From assembly GCA_965205975.1 (NCBI GenBank), contig OZ242195.1, positions 3,648,001 to 3,712,000 of the forward strand: DNA of 64,000 nucleotides, written 5' to 3'. The translations under genes were made by a program, and so were the position numbers. This DNA is from Candidatus Latescibacterota bacterium. Its GTDB lineage: Bacteria; Latescibacterota; UBA2968. Below the pieces are notes generated by a model. That model was not told the DNA's origin, did no database searches, and saw only the letters and a program-made list of their open reading frames with translations. Below are positions 1 through 9,289 of this stretch, piece after piece; within the stretch, counting starts at the first letter, position 1; each line of letters opens with the position of its first letter.

Positions 1-1922
1 GCCGGTTTGAACGGTTGAGTGAAGCGTAAGAAACTTCCAAATGCCTCTACCCATACGGGTAGATTATCTTGGGGAAAAAAGACCGCTTTGTATTCGACTG
101 CCCATGTTTGATTCAGACTCCAAAGTTGAACGTAATACCTGCCCAATTGCGCGCGTTCCGGCATTGTAAGGGGGTACTCCGTACCGTCTTTAAAACGCTC
201 TTCAATTATTGCGGTAACTTCTGGCACATTGTCCGTATCATCGTGCCTGCGTACCCATAAACCAAACTTCACAAGATCTTCCAAAGCACGACTGCGGGTG
301 TTGTTGATGGCCTCGGTAATTTGATCATCACGGTTCAGAAAGACCGGCTCATCGTTATCTAATCGCCTGTCAAATTGTGTACATAACAATCTGAGAATAT
401 TTGCCAGTGACTCCCTTGCGGTAAATGGGACGCTCGTTTCCTCTTTTAGACACTCACCAATGAAATCCCCTACTGCTCGTCGTGAATTTTCCCAGTCCGG
501 ATGTTCCCGCGATCCATCTGGCTGTGAAAATCTCCCGTCTATCTGTTCCTGCGACTCATCTATTTTATCGCTGTCTGGATACGATAGCACCCAATCACAG
601 AAATCAAACCATAGATTCAGCCGATTATAATGTCGCTCTTTTACATGCTCCTGTATCGCCTGAACAATTGCTTTGACATAAACTGGATCCTCTATCCGAT
701 CACGGTTCTCCAACCAGAACGTCAATCGTTTCTCATCGGAGATAATCGTATCTTTGAACACAGTTTGAAATGCATCCGCCAATGCTTCAATGTTGATTTC
801 AATCCACTGGTCATCCTCGTATCTATTTTCTTCGTACCATGGACGCTCTTCTTGCCAGGTGTTGATGTACGTGAGTAGTTCCTCGTCGCCAAACCCCGCC
901 AGTTCTTCGGGTAGCTTTGGGCTACGATAAGAGACCCTCCCACCTTTTACCTGACCAACTGGTGAATAGTCTTCATCGTCAGGAGAGTCTTCATCGGATG
1001 CGTCTTCCAATTCCTGAAAATAGTTTTGATATTCTCCTGCCAGTAAACGAGCAAACGGGCGAAGTTGCCTTCTGTGAAAATTTCGTTTCCATTGCTGGAA
1101 TCCGTCCTCAGTAAATCGTTCTCCCATCCATTCACGGTGGTTTTCTTTTGATGGACCGCTCAGAATAGCTTCAAATATCTTTGTTCGTTCTCCTTCGCTG
1201 AGCAGGCTTCCACCAAAGTGCTTACAAGCCTTGCGAATCATGAGTTGAAACTCGTAATGATGTTCCCATTCGGCATAGTCTTTGTGTTCGAGGATGAACT
1301 CACGAATCCAGGGGAGGGTCTGTTCATTTGGGTTCAGTGCATAGAGGTGTTGGCGTAACCGCTTGAATACCTTCCATCTTTGATTTCGCAGTGCTTGATC
1401 CAATCTCTCAATTGATTCCGGAGATTCTTCATAGACCTTCCCACAGGCAAAGATCAGTGTGTGGACCAACATTTCTTTACTATCTGTATAGTTTCGGACA
1501 GAACGATTCAAACGCCTGCACCAGATTTCCGAGGAATCTGCATCTCCTTCTTCATCAAACTCTTCTTGATGCTTGCTCAGGCGTATCATGGTTGCCGTGG
1601 TATCAATAAGAATACGCGCTATATGGTATGGATCTTTCTCGCTTAGAGGACGTATGCCTTTTTCGAGAATTTGTTGGTATTTCCATTCCTCGAAACGAGG
1701 CGATGGTTCGAGGAACGTTGTCACATATTCCACATAGCCAGACATTGGTTCCTGGGATGTCGTCTCGTCCTGAATCTCCAATCGGCGTGCTTGCTTTTCT
1801 CCAGCTTTTGGATCTGGGAGAAAACCGACCGATTTTGTTAAGAACGCAGAAGTAAATCCAGCTAACTTCCTATCAAATAGAAAAGGCTTCTTGAGCAGTT
1901 CAATTATTTTGCTATGTCTCAT
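1..1922 (-). CDS. Large predicted alpha-helical hypothetical protein (>640 aa, runs off left edge); probably C-terminal part of the upstream ORF
   Basis: Manual minus-strand translation from ATG at 1922 (MRHSKIIELLKKPFLFDRK...LEPSPRFEEWKYQQILEKGIRPL...) stays open to position 1. Absent from the ORF track because no stop lies in the window. TGATG overlap with upstream stop. Confidence 0.8.
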   Translation of the reverse strand, partial: MRHSKIIELLKKPFLFDRKLAGFTSAFLTKSVGFLPDPKAGEKQARRLEIQDETTSQEPMSGYVEYVTTFLEPSPRFEEWKYQQILEKGIRPLSEKDPYHIARILIDTTATMIRLSKHQEEFDEEGDADSSEIWCRRLNRSVRNYTDSKEMLVHTLIFACGKVYEESPESIERLDQALRNQRWKVFKRLRQHLYALNPNEQTLPWIREFILEHKDYAEWEHHYEFQLMIRKACKHFGGSLLSEGERTKIFEAILSGPSKENHREWMGERFTEDGFQQWKRNFHRRQLRPFARLLAGEYQNYFQELEDASDEDSPDDEDYSPVGQVKGGRVSYRSPKLPEELAGFGDEELLTYINTWQEERPWYEENRYEDDQWIEINIEALADAFQTVFKDTIISDEKRLTFWLENRDRIEDPVYVKAIVQAIQEHVKERHYNRLNLWFDFCDWVLSYPDSDKIDESQEQIDGRFSQPDGSREHPDWENSRRAVGDFIGECLKEETSVPFTARESLANILRLLCTQFDRRLDNDEPVFLNRDDQITEAINNTRSRALEDLVKFGLWVRRHDDTDNVPEVTAIIEERFKDGTEYPLTMPERAQLGRYYVQLWSLNQTWAVEYKAVFFPQDNLPVWVEAFGSFLRFTQPFKP

Positions 1923-2995
1923 CAGTCATGCTCCACAAAGGATAAAATATTGGAAGAGAGCTTCTCGACCACCTCAACCGAATCGGCCTTCAGGACGACA
2001 TCCATAATGCCTTCCAAAATATGCGGATTTGACGTTTCGGGAAGGTTCTCTAATATCTCAAGAACCTTCTCGGGCTTAGTTTCATAAACGCGAACGAGAT
2101 AATTGATCGGCGGCCAGAAAGGTGCCCAATCGTAGCCATCTGGTGTTTCTCCTATGTCCGGAGGATTATCGAAATAACCATTAGACCTCAAAGGTTCAAG
2201 CCACGCGCTATCTTTAACATGGGCGAAGAAGAACATGTAATTTGTCCATTTGCTGCGCTTGATTAATTCCAACATAGAATTTATGTCGTCTTCAGCTGGT
2301 GTGGATTTTTCGAGTATGGTCCTGATTTTTTGTTGATTCTGCGCTGTGATGGGAGCAAGCAGTTCGAAAATTATTTGATCTATAGCAGAAAAACACTCCA
2401 TAAAGCGTTGTTCATCAGGATTGCTTCCGTGATGAGCAAAACCCTCAAGTTCCGTCCATATTTTATTATATTGATCCCACTTTGCTTTTTTATTTGGATC
2501 GAACATGTTTGCCATCAGATCCATTTGACCGATGGCGGATTGAAACTGCTCTTTGCGTGTTGGCATCTGATTCAGTTCCAGGTATCGGTCAATATTTCGA
2601 AGTGTTTTATCAAAGTGAGTATTGACTGTCACGCCTTTCCATTTTCCATCACACCGTTCCCTGTCCTTTATCCAGCGATTATAGATACCTCGTCGCATCC
2701 CTCTGAAATCATATGACCTTACCACATCGCTTTCACGGACTACTCTTGGAAGTTTTTCAAGGAGTTCCCTTAAAGAATGGGCAGCTTGCGCGATTCGATC
2801 AGGATTGTATTTGTTTTGAAGCGCGTAAAGAGCACCTGAATACCAGTCACCCAAAGGATATTTATCTGTTTCTTTTGCTCTGAGCGCATCCAGGACCCGC
2901 TGTTGCCTTGCATCAAGAACCAGCGGTGACATCGGTTGATGATTATCTGAGAAGTTTTCACTCATTGGGATATAAACATCTCTTTTGAAGGTCAT
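1922..2995 (-). CDS. Hypothetical protein with HEPN-like N-terminal region followed by helical repeats (possible defence protein)
   Basis: 357-aa ORF. NPDRIAQAAHSLRELLE and EGFAHH motifs recall HEPN-like nuclease domains; family call is tentative. Confidence 0.55.
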   Translation of the reverse strand: MTFKRDVYIPMSENFSDNHQPMSPLVLDARQQRVLDALRAKETDKYPLGDWYSGALYALQNKYNPDRIAQAAHSLRELLEKLPRVVRESDVVRSYDFRGMRRGIYNRWIKDRERCDGKWKGVTVNTHFDKTLRNIDRYLELNQMPTRKEQFQSAIGQMDLMANMFDPNKKAKWDQYNKIWTELEGFAHHGSNPDEQRFMECFSAIDQIIFELLAPITAQNQQKIRTILEKSTPAEDDINSMLELIKRSKWTNYMFFFAHVKDSAWLEPLRSNGYFDNPPDIGETPDGYDWAPFWPPINYLVRVYETKPEKVLEILENLPETSNPHILEGIMDVVLKADSVEVVEKLSSNILSFVEHD

Positions 2996-3079
2996 TTCAA
3001 CTAAAAAGAGGACTTGACCACAAGTCCTCTTTGAAGGATTTCGTTCGGTTGTACCATCTTGCCCTGCATAGAGCCGAAT

Positions 3080-3208
3080 CTATTTTGCTTGTTTATTATT
3101 CTCAGAAGATTCCTTTTGTGGTTTTGGTCTTGGCGGTGGTGGCGGTGGTTTGGGTTTTGGAGGTCGTGCTGGTCTGGAAACAAAAATCTTTTTTTTAGAC
3201 TGCTGCAT
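3080..3208 (-). CDS. Putative 42-aa Pro/Lys-rich small protein
   Basis: MQQSKKKIFVSRPARPPKPKPPPPPPRPKPQKESSENNKQAK*; GAGGAG RBS just upstream of the ATG; overlaps 3' end of the SLATT-like gene. Confidence 0.5.
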   Translation of the reverse strand: MQQSKKKIFVSRPARPPKPKPPPPPPRPKPQKESSENNKQAK

Positions 3209-3698
3209 ATCTCTCCTCTGCAACTTTATATGCCTGGGTAGCACATTCCTCATTCAACTTTTGATCTTCTGGAATACCGGCATAGCCCACGCCACCTGTC
3301 ACACCTGTCATTCTCTGAACCAATTGTTTATTTCTCTCTATAACCTCTTCATTTGTCATCGTCCCATTATCGACATCAATCCATAAATCTTGCCATTCAT
3401 TTTCCAATTCACCACATTGAAGACTAATTGCATGTAAAACCGCGGCTTTTTTTCCATAATCAAAGACAAAATCCCAGGTAACAATAAGGGCAATCACTCC
3501 GCCCGATATGAGTTGGGCGATTGGCGGAAGCACATCTAAGAATGCAGCGACACCACTTGCTGCGGCGGCATAAAGCAAAAAACGGATAATGGTATAATTG
3601 CGACGATAACGATCTGAAAGCGCCGCGTAGTATCGAACAAGCCGCGCAATATCCAATAGATGTTGCCAAACTTCGTTTCTAATATGATCGGAAACCAT
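3195..3698 (-). CDS. SLATT-like two-transmembrane protein
   Basis: 167 aa from MVSDH (RBS GAGGTG); N-terminal helix ending RYY, two hydrophobic segments, C-terminal helical bundle. Confidence 0.6.
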   Translation of the reverse strand: MVSDHIRNEVWQHLLDIARLVRYYAALSDRYRRNYTIIRFLLYAAAASGVAAFLDVLPPIAQLISGGVIALIVTWDFVFDYGKKAAVLHAISLQCGELENEWQDLWIDVDNGTMTNEEVIERNKQLVQRMTGVTGGVGYAGIPEDQKLNEECATQAYKVAEERYAAV

Positions 3699-3794
3699 AG
3701 TATCCACCTCTTTGCAAGTGGTGTACAACGGCTCGACGACGCAACCGAACGTACCGAAAACTGCAGCAGCAATTCAACCAAGTATCAATTGTAA

Positions 3795-3823
3795 GTTATA
3801 ACGAACAAACATACCAGTGTCAA
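3795..3823 (-). promoter_or_regulatory. sigma70-type promoter of SLATT-like gene
   Basis: Minus strand TTGACA-N17-TATAAC. Confidence 0.65.
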
Positions 3824-3939
3824 GCAGCAATCTTCTATTTTCATATCATCCCGTCCATCCTGATTCAGACGGTTTTTGATGTAACCGCTTCTTTCAGCAG
3901 GGTTTAGCCATCTGTTCCAAAAGCAACTTCTCCCGTTCA

Positions 3940-3964
3940 ATTCGCTACACAGTGTGTAGCGAAT
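3940..3964. repeat. Perfect 25-bp palindrome (12-bp arms, 1-nt centre)
   Basis: ATTCGCTACACA-G-TGTGTAGCGAAT. Confidence 0.85.
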
Positions 3965-4030
3965 CTCTTCATCCTTTCAGCGCCTCTCCAAGTTGGACAA
4001 GCAATTCATCCCGCCAAACCTGCCAAACCC

Positions 4031-4066
4031 TCATCCTGTTCATCCTCCCATCCTGCCTATCCTGAT
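4031..4066. repeat. 36-bp ATCCT-periodic direct repeat, copy 1
   Basis: TCATCCTGTTCATCCTCCCATCCTGCCTATCCTGAT; 35/36 identical to 5777-5812; partial copy near 3847-3866. Confidence 0.9.
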
Positions 4067-4120
4067 GAACTGGCCTGACACCAGTTGTAAACCGCTTCAG
4101 ACAGTTTCCACCTCATCCCA

Positions 4121-5626
4121 TCATCTGAGAAGCATGAAGGTTGACAGGGGCATGCTAACAATTCGGGGGTCGTCAACTTCTTCGGCATCGTCCTGCGTGA
4201 TCAGCAGACCAAAAGCGGCATTGTTCACTGATTTTTCCAGAAATGACCGAATGCCCAGCGTATCCCGTAAGGGATCTATCCTGCGTTGATATTTGATTTC
4301 TACCGGCACGCGTTGAGCACCGACAGTCAAAACAAAATCCACTTCGCGGTCTATTCCCCGTTCGGGAAAATGGGCGATGTCCAATCCGTGAATCGTCGAG
4401 GCAGTTGCGCCGAAAATACTCTCCGCGAGATGCCCGGCTAATGTGGTGAGTTCAGGACGCTCTATCAGGGCTTCCGACGTCAATGGAATCTGCTCTTGAA
4501 GCCAACTGGCTCGCAAGCCGTGATCAACCAGACAAAGTTTGGAACTCCCCCGCTTTCTTTTGAGCCGTATTTCAAGCGGAGGAATCAATCGAATCAGAAG
4601 TGTCTCGCCGAGAAATCTCAAATAGTGCGTCACGCGCTGGCTACCGATATTTGCGCCAAGCGATAGGCGCGCTTCGTCTGCAAGCATTGAAACCGTCGGC
4701 GTCTGCCCGGCGTAGCGACAGGTCAGGCGAAAAAGTTCTTCAAGCAATTGAGGATCTCTCTTTCGCCCGCGATCACCAACCCGAAGATCGTGTTGGATCA
4801 CACGCTGAATCACGGTTTCGTTCAACTGATCTGCAAGCACAGCCCATTCGACATCCTTCTGTTTGTGGACGATGGGATAGCCGCCGCGCTCTGAAAAATG
4901 TTGAAACGCCTCATTCCGAAATCCCGTGTTATCCTCACCATGAGCACGCAGTTCCCGCCAGAAATTCTTGTCAATCAGAAAACGCAGGCCGTTGTCCTGC
5001 AGGAATGGCCTCGGCGTTTCCAACCCGCGCAACGCCCCGATTTCGGTCAGCGAAAGCACCCCCGCCTCAATGGTGTTAATGCGTCCTGCCAGACTATCCC
5101 GGCCCCTTTCAATCCTCAGTGCAGAACTTCCAGTAACGACAACTTTTACTGAGGCATGATCCACAAGGGACTTCAGTTGTGCATGCCAGCCGTCCAGATT
5201 CTGAATCTCGTCAAAAAAGAGATATGCCTTCTGCCCATCTCGCGCTAACGCATTGAAACGCGCCCCTGTTATCTTGCGTTCAAACCAATCGGAAATGCGA
5301 AGAATCGGCTCCTCTATCCCTTGCAGCAATTCCAATTCATCAAACTGCACCCGCAGGATACTTGTGGGGGGCACGCCTTCGTCGAGCAAATCCGCAATGA
5401 GTTGAAACTGTGCCGTCGTTTTTCCTACCTGGCGCGGGCCTCGCACCACGATAATCGGAGCTATCTCTGCATCCAGACGGCGACGTATCTGAGTGACCAG
5501 ATGTCGGCGCGTTTGAGGTTGCAGAGGCATGGGGTCACCTTCCCACCAGGGATTAAACCGGCGCAAGTCAGCGACCAATTGCGGAGGGAGCCCGCTATCG
5601 GCAAAAAGCAAATCCTGACTGCTCAT
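4121..5626 (-). CDS. AAA+ ATPase (AAA_14) with C-terminal DUF4143/PD-(D/E)XK-like domain
   Basis: Walker A GPRQVGKT, Walker B FFDEIQ, TGSS, SLAGR, GGYP, C-terminal EVDF...PVEIK. Confidence 0.85.
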   Translation of the reverse strand: MSSQDLLFADSGLPPQLVADLRRFNPWWEGDPMPLQPQTRRHLVTQIRRRLDAEIAPIIVVRGPRQVGKTTAQFQLIADLLDEGVPPTSILRVQFDELELLQGIEEPILRISDWFERKITGARFNALARDGQKAYLFFDEIQNLDGWHAQLKSLVDHASVKVVVTGSSALRIERGRDSLAGRINTIEAGVLSLTEIGALRGLETPRPFLQDNGLRFLIDKNFWRELRAHGEDNTGFRNEAFQHFSERGGYPIVHKQKDVEWAVLADQLNETVIQRVIQHDLRVGDRGRKRDPQLLEELFRLTCRYAGQTPTVSMLADEARLSLGANIGSQRVTHYLRFLGETLLIRLIPPLEIRLKRKRGSSKLCLVDHGLRASWLQEQIPLTSEALIERPELTTLAGHLAESIFGATASTIHGLDIAHFPERGIDREVDFVLTVGAQRVPVEIKYQRRIDPLRDTLGIRSFLEKSVNNAAFGLLITQDDAEEVDDPRIVSMPLSTFMLLR

Positions 5627-5776
5627 GATCAATCCTTTCTCCAAAGCCTTGCATTTCGACCACGCGAAACGCCGGTTAGCTCCACATCCCAATAATATAC
5701 AGCATCAGTAACAAATTCAGACAATTTCCACCAAATCCCGTCCATCCCCATATGCACTAAATGAGCGACCTGCCTT

Positions 5777-5812
5777 TCATCCTGTCCATCCTCCCATCCT
5801 GCCTATCCTGAT
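5777..5812. repeat. 36-bp ATCCT-periodic direct repeat, copy 2
   Basis: TCATCCTGTCCATCCTCCCATCCTGCCTATCCTGAT; overlaps the sulfatase stop codon. Confidence 0.9.
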
Positions 5813-7134
5813 CCAAAGTGCTTCCCTTGCTTCGCTGCTTGCCATTGGTCTTCTGTATCGATCTCCGCGCCGGGATCGCCCTGTTGTTTCATCCAGCAAT
5901 CCAGCTCGGCAGACAGGCGTCTTTTCGCCTCTGTGTGTGCGGGATCATCGGCCAGATTATTCAACTCGCAGGGATCCTCATCCATGCGATACAACTGCTC
6001 GGGGGGACGGCGCATATATCGATCCACCAAAAACCGCGTATGCTCATTAAACGTCGTATCAAAAACCCACGTCGGCCAGTACTGGTGCCATCTAAACTGC
6101 CCCATCAGATGCTTCTCAATATAGATCGCCTCGGGCGTGAGATTGCGAATATAGTGATACGTACCATCCGTCACCGCGCGGATCGGATAGGGCGGACCCT
6201 CGGGAATATTATTATGCATAAAATACGCGAACGCCCGATGTTCATCTGCCTCGTCCAAAAGCACAGACATAAAACTCGACCCATCAAAATCAATCGCACC
6301 TGAATCGCCGCCCGCAGCCTCAATCAGCGTTGGCGCAACATCCTCATACTGAATAACCGCATCGGTATATCCCGGCTTCACCACGCCGGGCCAGCGCACG
6401 ATAAAACCCGTATGAACACCCGTATTCCAATTCGTCCACTTGCACCCGGGAAACTGCGACCCCTGCTCAGACGTAAAAATCACCAGCGTATTATCCGCCT
6501 GCCCGGTCTCGTCCAGCACCGCCAGAATCTCACCCACCTCCTGATCCAGCACTTCAATCTCCGCCAAATACTTTGCATAATCACTCCGCGTCTCCTCCGT
6601 ATCCGCCAGATACGGAGGCAACTTCAACGCATCCAGATCAAAATGCTCGGGATTGCCCAGCGTCCACGGCGCATGCGGCTCAAAAAGCCCGGTCACAAGA
6701 CAAAAAGGCGCATCCCGATCTTGCTCCACAAACGCGCGAATCCCCGCAACGCCAAACTCGGGATCGGGATGTGTGCATCCCCCCTCAATACCCGGCACAT
6801 ATTCAAAAGGAAAACTCTTATTGGGACCCACATGCTTCTTGCCACACAGCCCCACGCGATACCCCAGATCCCCCAGAAAATGCGGAAGACTCCTCGTCCC
6901 CGGACGCGCAGCAGAATGATTCCAGCACGAACCATTGCGCGCCGGGTACAACCCCGTATAAAGCGCCGTACGGCACGGATTACACATCGCCATAGGCAAA
7001 TACGCCCGATTAAAAACCAGACCATCCTGCGCCAACCCGTCAATATTCGGCGTATCCACATTCTGCCCACCGTAAAGCGACAAATCGAGATACGTCGCAT
7101 CATCTGCAATCACGATCAGAATATTCGGTTCCAT
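5803..7134 (-). CDS. Sulfatase (S1 family, sulfamidase-like)
   Basis: PNILIVIADD, CNPCR motif, TG, GKKH. Confidence 0.9.
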   Translation of the reverse strand: MEPNILIVIADDATYLDLSLYGGQNVDTPNIDGLAQDGLVFNRAYLPMAMCNPCRTALYTGLYPARNGSCWNHSAARPGTRSLPHFLGDLGYRVGLCGKKHVGPNKSFPFEYVPGIEGGCTHPDPEFGVAGIRAFVEQDRDAPFCLVTGLFEPHAPWTLGNPEHFDLDALKLPPYLADTEETRSDYAKYLAEIEVLDQEVGEILAVLDETGQADNTLVIFTSEQGSQFPGCKWTNWNTGVHTGFIVRWPGVVKPGYTDAVIQYEDVAPTLIEAAGGDSGAIDFDGSSFMSVLLDEADEHRAFAYFMHNNIPEGPPYPIRAVTDGTYHYIRNLTPEAIYIEKHLMGQFRWHQYWPTWVFDTTFNEHTRFLVDRYMRRPPEQLYRMDEDPCELNNLADDPAHTEAKRRLSAELDCWMKQQGDPGAEIDTEDQWQAAKQGKHFGSG

Positions 7135-7679
7135 AGCCCCTCCTTTTTAAGTCCCAACCGAATCAACAACTCCGACGGCGCATCAATAGCGCGCAATTTC
7201 TCAACCATCAAGCTCTGCATACGGGCCAGAGCATCTGATTCACCATCGGCGAGATCATTCTCCTGATCGGGATCCGAAGGCATGTGATACAACCGCGTCT
7301 TGTGCTTCTCGGGATGTCGCGCAGGCGTCTGCTTGCTCCGAAGCACATCGGCACCCCAATCAAACTGATTCCGATTCGCAATAATACTCGAATACGCATA
7401 CACCGGCGGATTGGACTCATCCACCCCCTGCAACAGCACATACTCCCCATCGGTAATATTGCATGTCCCCGAAAACTGCCCGTACAAAATCGCATCGCGC
7501 CCGGGCGCATCCTCATCCCGCAGAAACGGCAGCGTGGGATACGAAGCCAAATACGCATTCTCAAAAACCGCGCCCCGCTCGGCAAAACGATCTATATTCG
7601 GCGTATGAATCCGAGAATTGTCATAACACCCCACGTGATCTCGACGCCAGGTATCCAGCACAATCAGAATAACATTCAT
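7116..7679 (-). pseudogene. Internally deleted sulfatase
   Basis: 187 aa: sulfatase N-terminus (MNVILIVLDTWRRDHVGCY...TPNIDRFA...SYPTLP) joined directly to a sulfatase C-terminus (FLRDED...LYHMPSDPDQENDLA); catalytic core missing. Confidence 0.8.
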
Positions 7680-7708
7680 AAAACACTCCTTATGTATTTT
7701 GTTGTGAC

Positions 7709-7733
7709 GGGCGACCACGAGGGTCGCCCCTAC
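7709..7733 (-). repeat. GTAG-type REP-like palindrome
   Basis: GTAGGGGCGACC-CTCGT-GGTCGCCC directly after a stop codon. Confidence 0.7.
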
Positions 7734-8414
7734 TCATGTATTCAAAACCTCTTCTACTCGTATCCTCAGATCCGCCGCAGAACCATCCGCGGCATTGAGC
7801 ACCACAGGACCATCATAACCATTCGCCTTGAGCGTGCGGACCACATCCACATCATCCTCCCCAATCGTCACCATCCCGATACGTTCCACATACTTATCCA
7901 CAATCCCAACAGCGTTATCAACATCCATCGCATTGAGCCAGACATGTGCGCGCTCGGGCAAATCGGGCATCAAAGCGTCAAAATCCGCAGCACTTTCCAA
8001 ACACGTATCCACCCCATTCCCTATATTCAGCGTCACATCGGGAATACTTTCAAGCAACGCCTGCACACCGCTCACCAGAGCATCGCGCGCCTCGCGGGAA
8101 CGCGCACCACAGAGAAAACTCGCACACCGCAAACGAAGCGCCCGCGCCAGATGAACATCCCACTCAACCTGCCGCAAATTGGAACCCGGATCATCGCGCA
8201 CATGTAACCCCATCAACGCCACCCCCGCATCGTCAAAATAATCGCGAATCATCCGCACCGACGCATCTGGATGAAAAGGCGAACTCGCCGTAAACGCACA
8301 ATGCAACACCATAGCATCAAAACCCGCTGCCTTCGCAATCTTCAAGGCAGCGGGCAACACAGCTTTTGGACACATAACAGGATCAAAACACAAACGCAAA
8401 ATAAGCCTCCTCAC
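7734..8414 (-). CDS. Xylose isomerase-like TIM-barrel protein (degenerate)
   Basis: 226 aa; AAGFDAM.L, LARAL and L...GYDGPVVL patterns of the AP_endonuc_2 family; metal ligands look degenerate. Confidence 0.55.
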   Translation of the reverse strand: MRRLILRLCFDPVMCPKAVLPAALKIAKAAGFDAMVLHCAFTASSPFHPDASVRMIRDYFDDAGVALMGLHVRDDPGSNLRQVEWDVHLARALRLRCASFLCGARSREARDALVSGVQALLESIPDVTLNIGNGVDTCLESAADFDALMPDLPERAHVWLNAMDVDNAVGIVDKYVERIGMVTIGEDDVDVVRTLKANGYDGPVVLNAADGSAADLRIRVEEVLNT

Positions 8415-8439
8415 CTCTTAGCGATCAGCTAAAAATCCC

Positions 8440-8472
8440 CTGGATTGCGGCTTTAAGCATGCCGCAATGACA
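8440..8472. repeat. Short palindromic interspersed element
   Basis: CTGGATTGCGGC...TGCCGCAATGACA; related copy at 57044-57077; followed by CTTCACACTT repeats. Confidence 0.7.
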
Positions 8473-8509
8473 ATCTTACTTCACACTTCTTCCTTCACAC
8501 TTCCTACTT

Positions 8510-9289
8510 CTACATCCCCTCCCAATACGCCCACATATCATCCGGATCTTCAAACTTCAGATCATCCCAATTCGTCCACCGAAAACGCGTAATAATCGCC
8601 ATGCGAATCTCATCGCTACAATTCATACTCGCGCTGTGAATCAAATGACTGTGCCAGAGCATCGCGGATCCCGCCGGCCCTGAAATCTCCTCATAATCAT
8701 CCTCATCCCAATCGAGAATCTCCAGCGGCCTCGTCGAACGCGGCTCCCCCTCGTAAATCGGCAACGCGTAAAACGCCTTACCCAGACTCACCCGCGAATG
8801 GGTCTTAAAATAATCCGCCATGTGTTTATGCGTCCCTGGCCACACGCAGGTACCTCCGCCCTGGGGCTTCACATCATTGAGATACAGCGTAATCCCCACC
8901 GTCCAATTATTCACAACACCGCTACCAAGCCCGTGACCATCCATATGATTACCCCTGGGACCTACCCATTCCCCACCCTGTGGAAACCGCAAATTCGCCG
9001 ACGTAATTGGCGGATGCAAAGGCGCCAGCCGCCCCTTACCCGCCAGCTCCTCAACCATACTGTACAGCGGCGAATCGTAAATCAGCGCGTGAAATGCCGC
9101 GTGACCATCCATCCCCTGAGACCCCTCTTTCCCAACCCACGTAGAAGGATCATTGCGATCCACAGGCAGATGATCCCAGATCACATCTCGCGCGGCTTCC
9201 ATCTGCTCGGGCGTCACCACATCGCGTTTGATCACATAGCCCTTCTCCCGAAACACCTCTTTATCATCAACCGTCAAATACGCCATCAC
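8510..9289 (-). CDS. Phytanoyl-CoA dioxygenase (PhyH) family protein
   Basis: F.EKGYV, HMD motif, GGT..WPGTH, distal H (LIHSA), C-terminal R. Confidence 0.85.
   Translation of the reverse strand: MMAYLTVDDKEVFREKGYVIKRDVVTPEQMEAARDVIWDHLPVDRNDPSTWVGKEGSQGMDGHAAFHALIYDSPLYSMVEELAGKGRLAPLHPPITSANLRFPQGGEWVGPRGNHMDGHGLGSGVVNNWTVGITLYLNDVKPQGGGTCVWPGTHKHMADYFKTHSRVSLGKAFYALPIYEGEPRSTRPLEILDWDEDDYEEISGPAGSAMLWHSHLIHSASMNCSDEIRMAIITRFRWTNWDDLKFEDPDDMWAYWEGM

Noticed and set aside
3870..4010. Possible small gene on the minus strand (DELLVQLGEALKG*)
   Set aside because: Too short and without a credible start; at most a decayed remnant.
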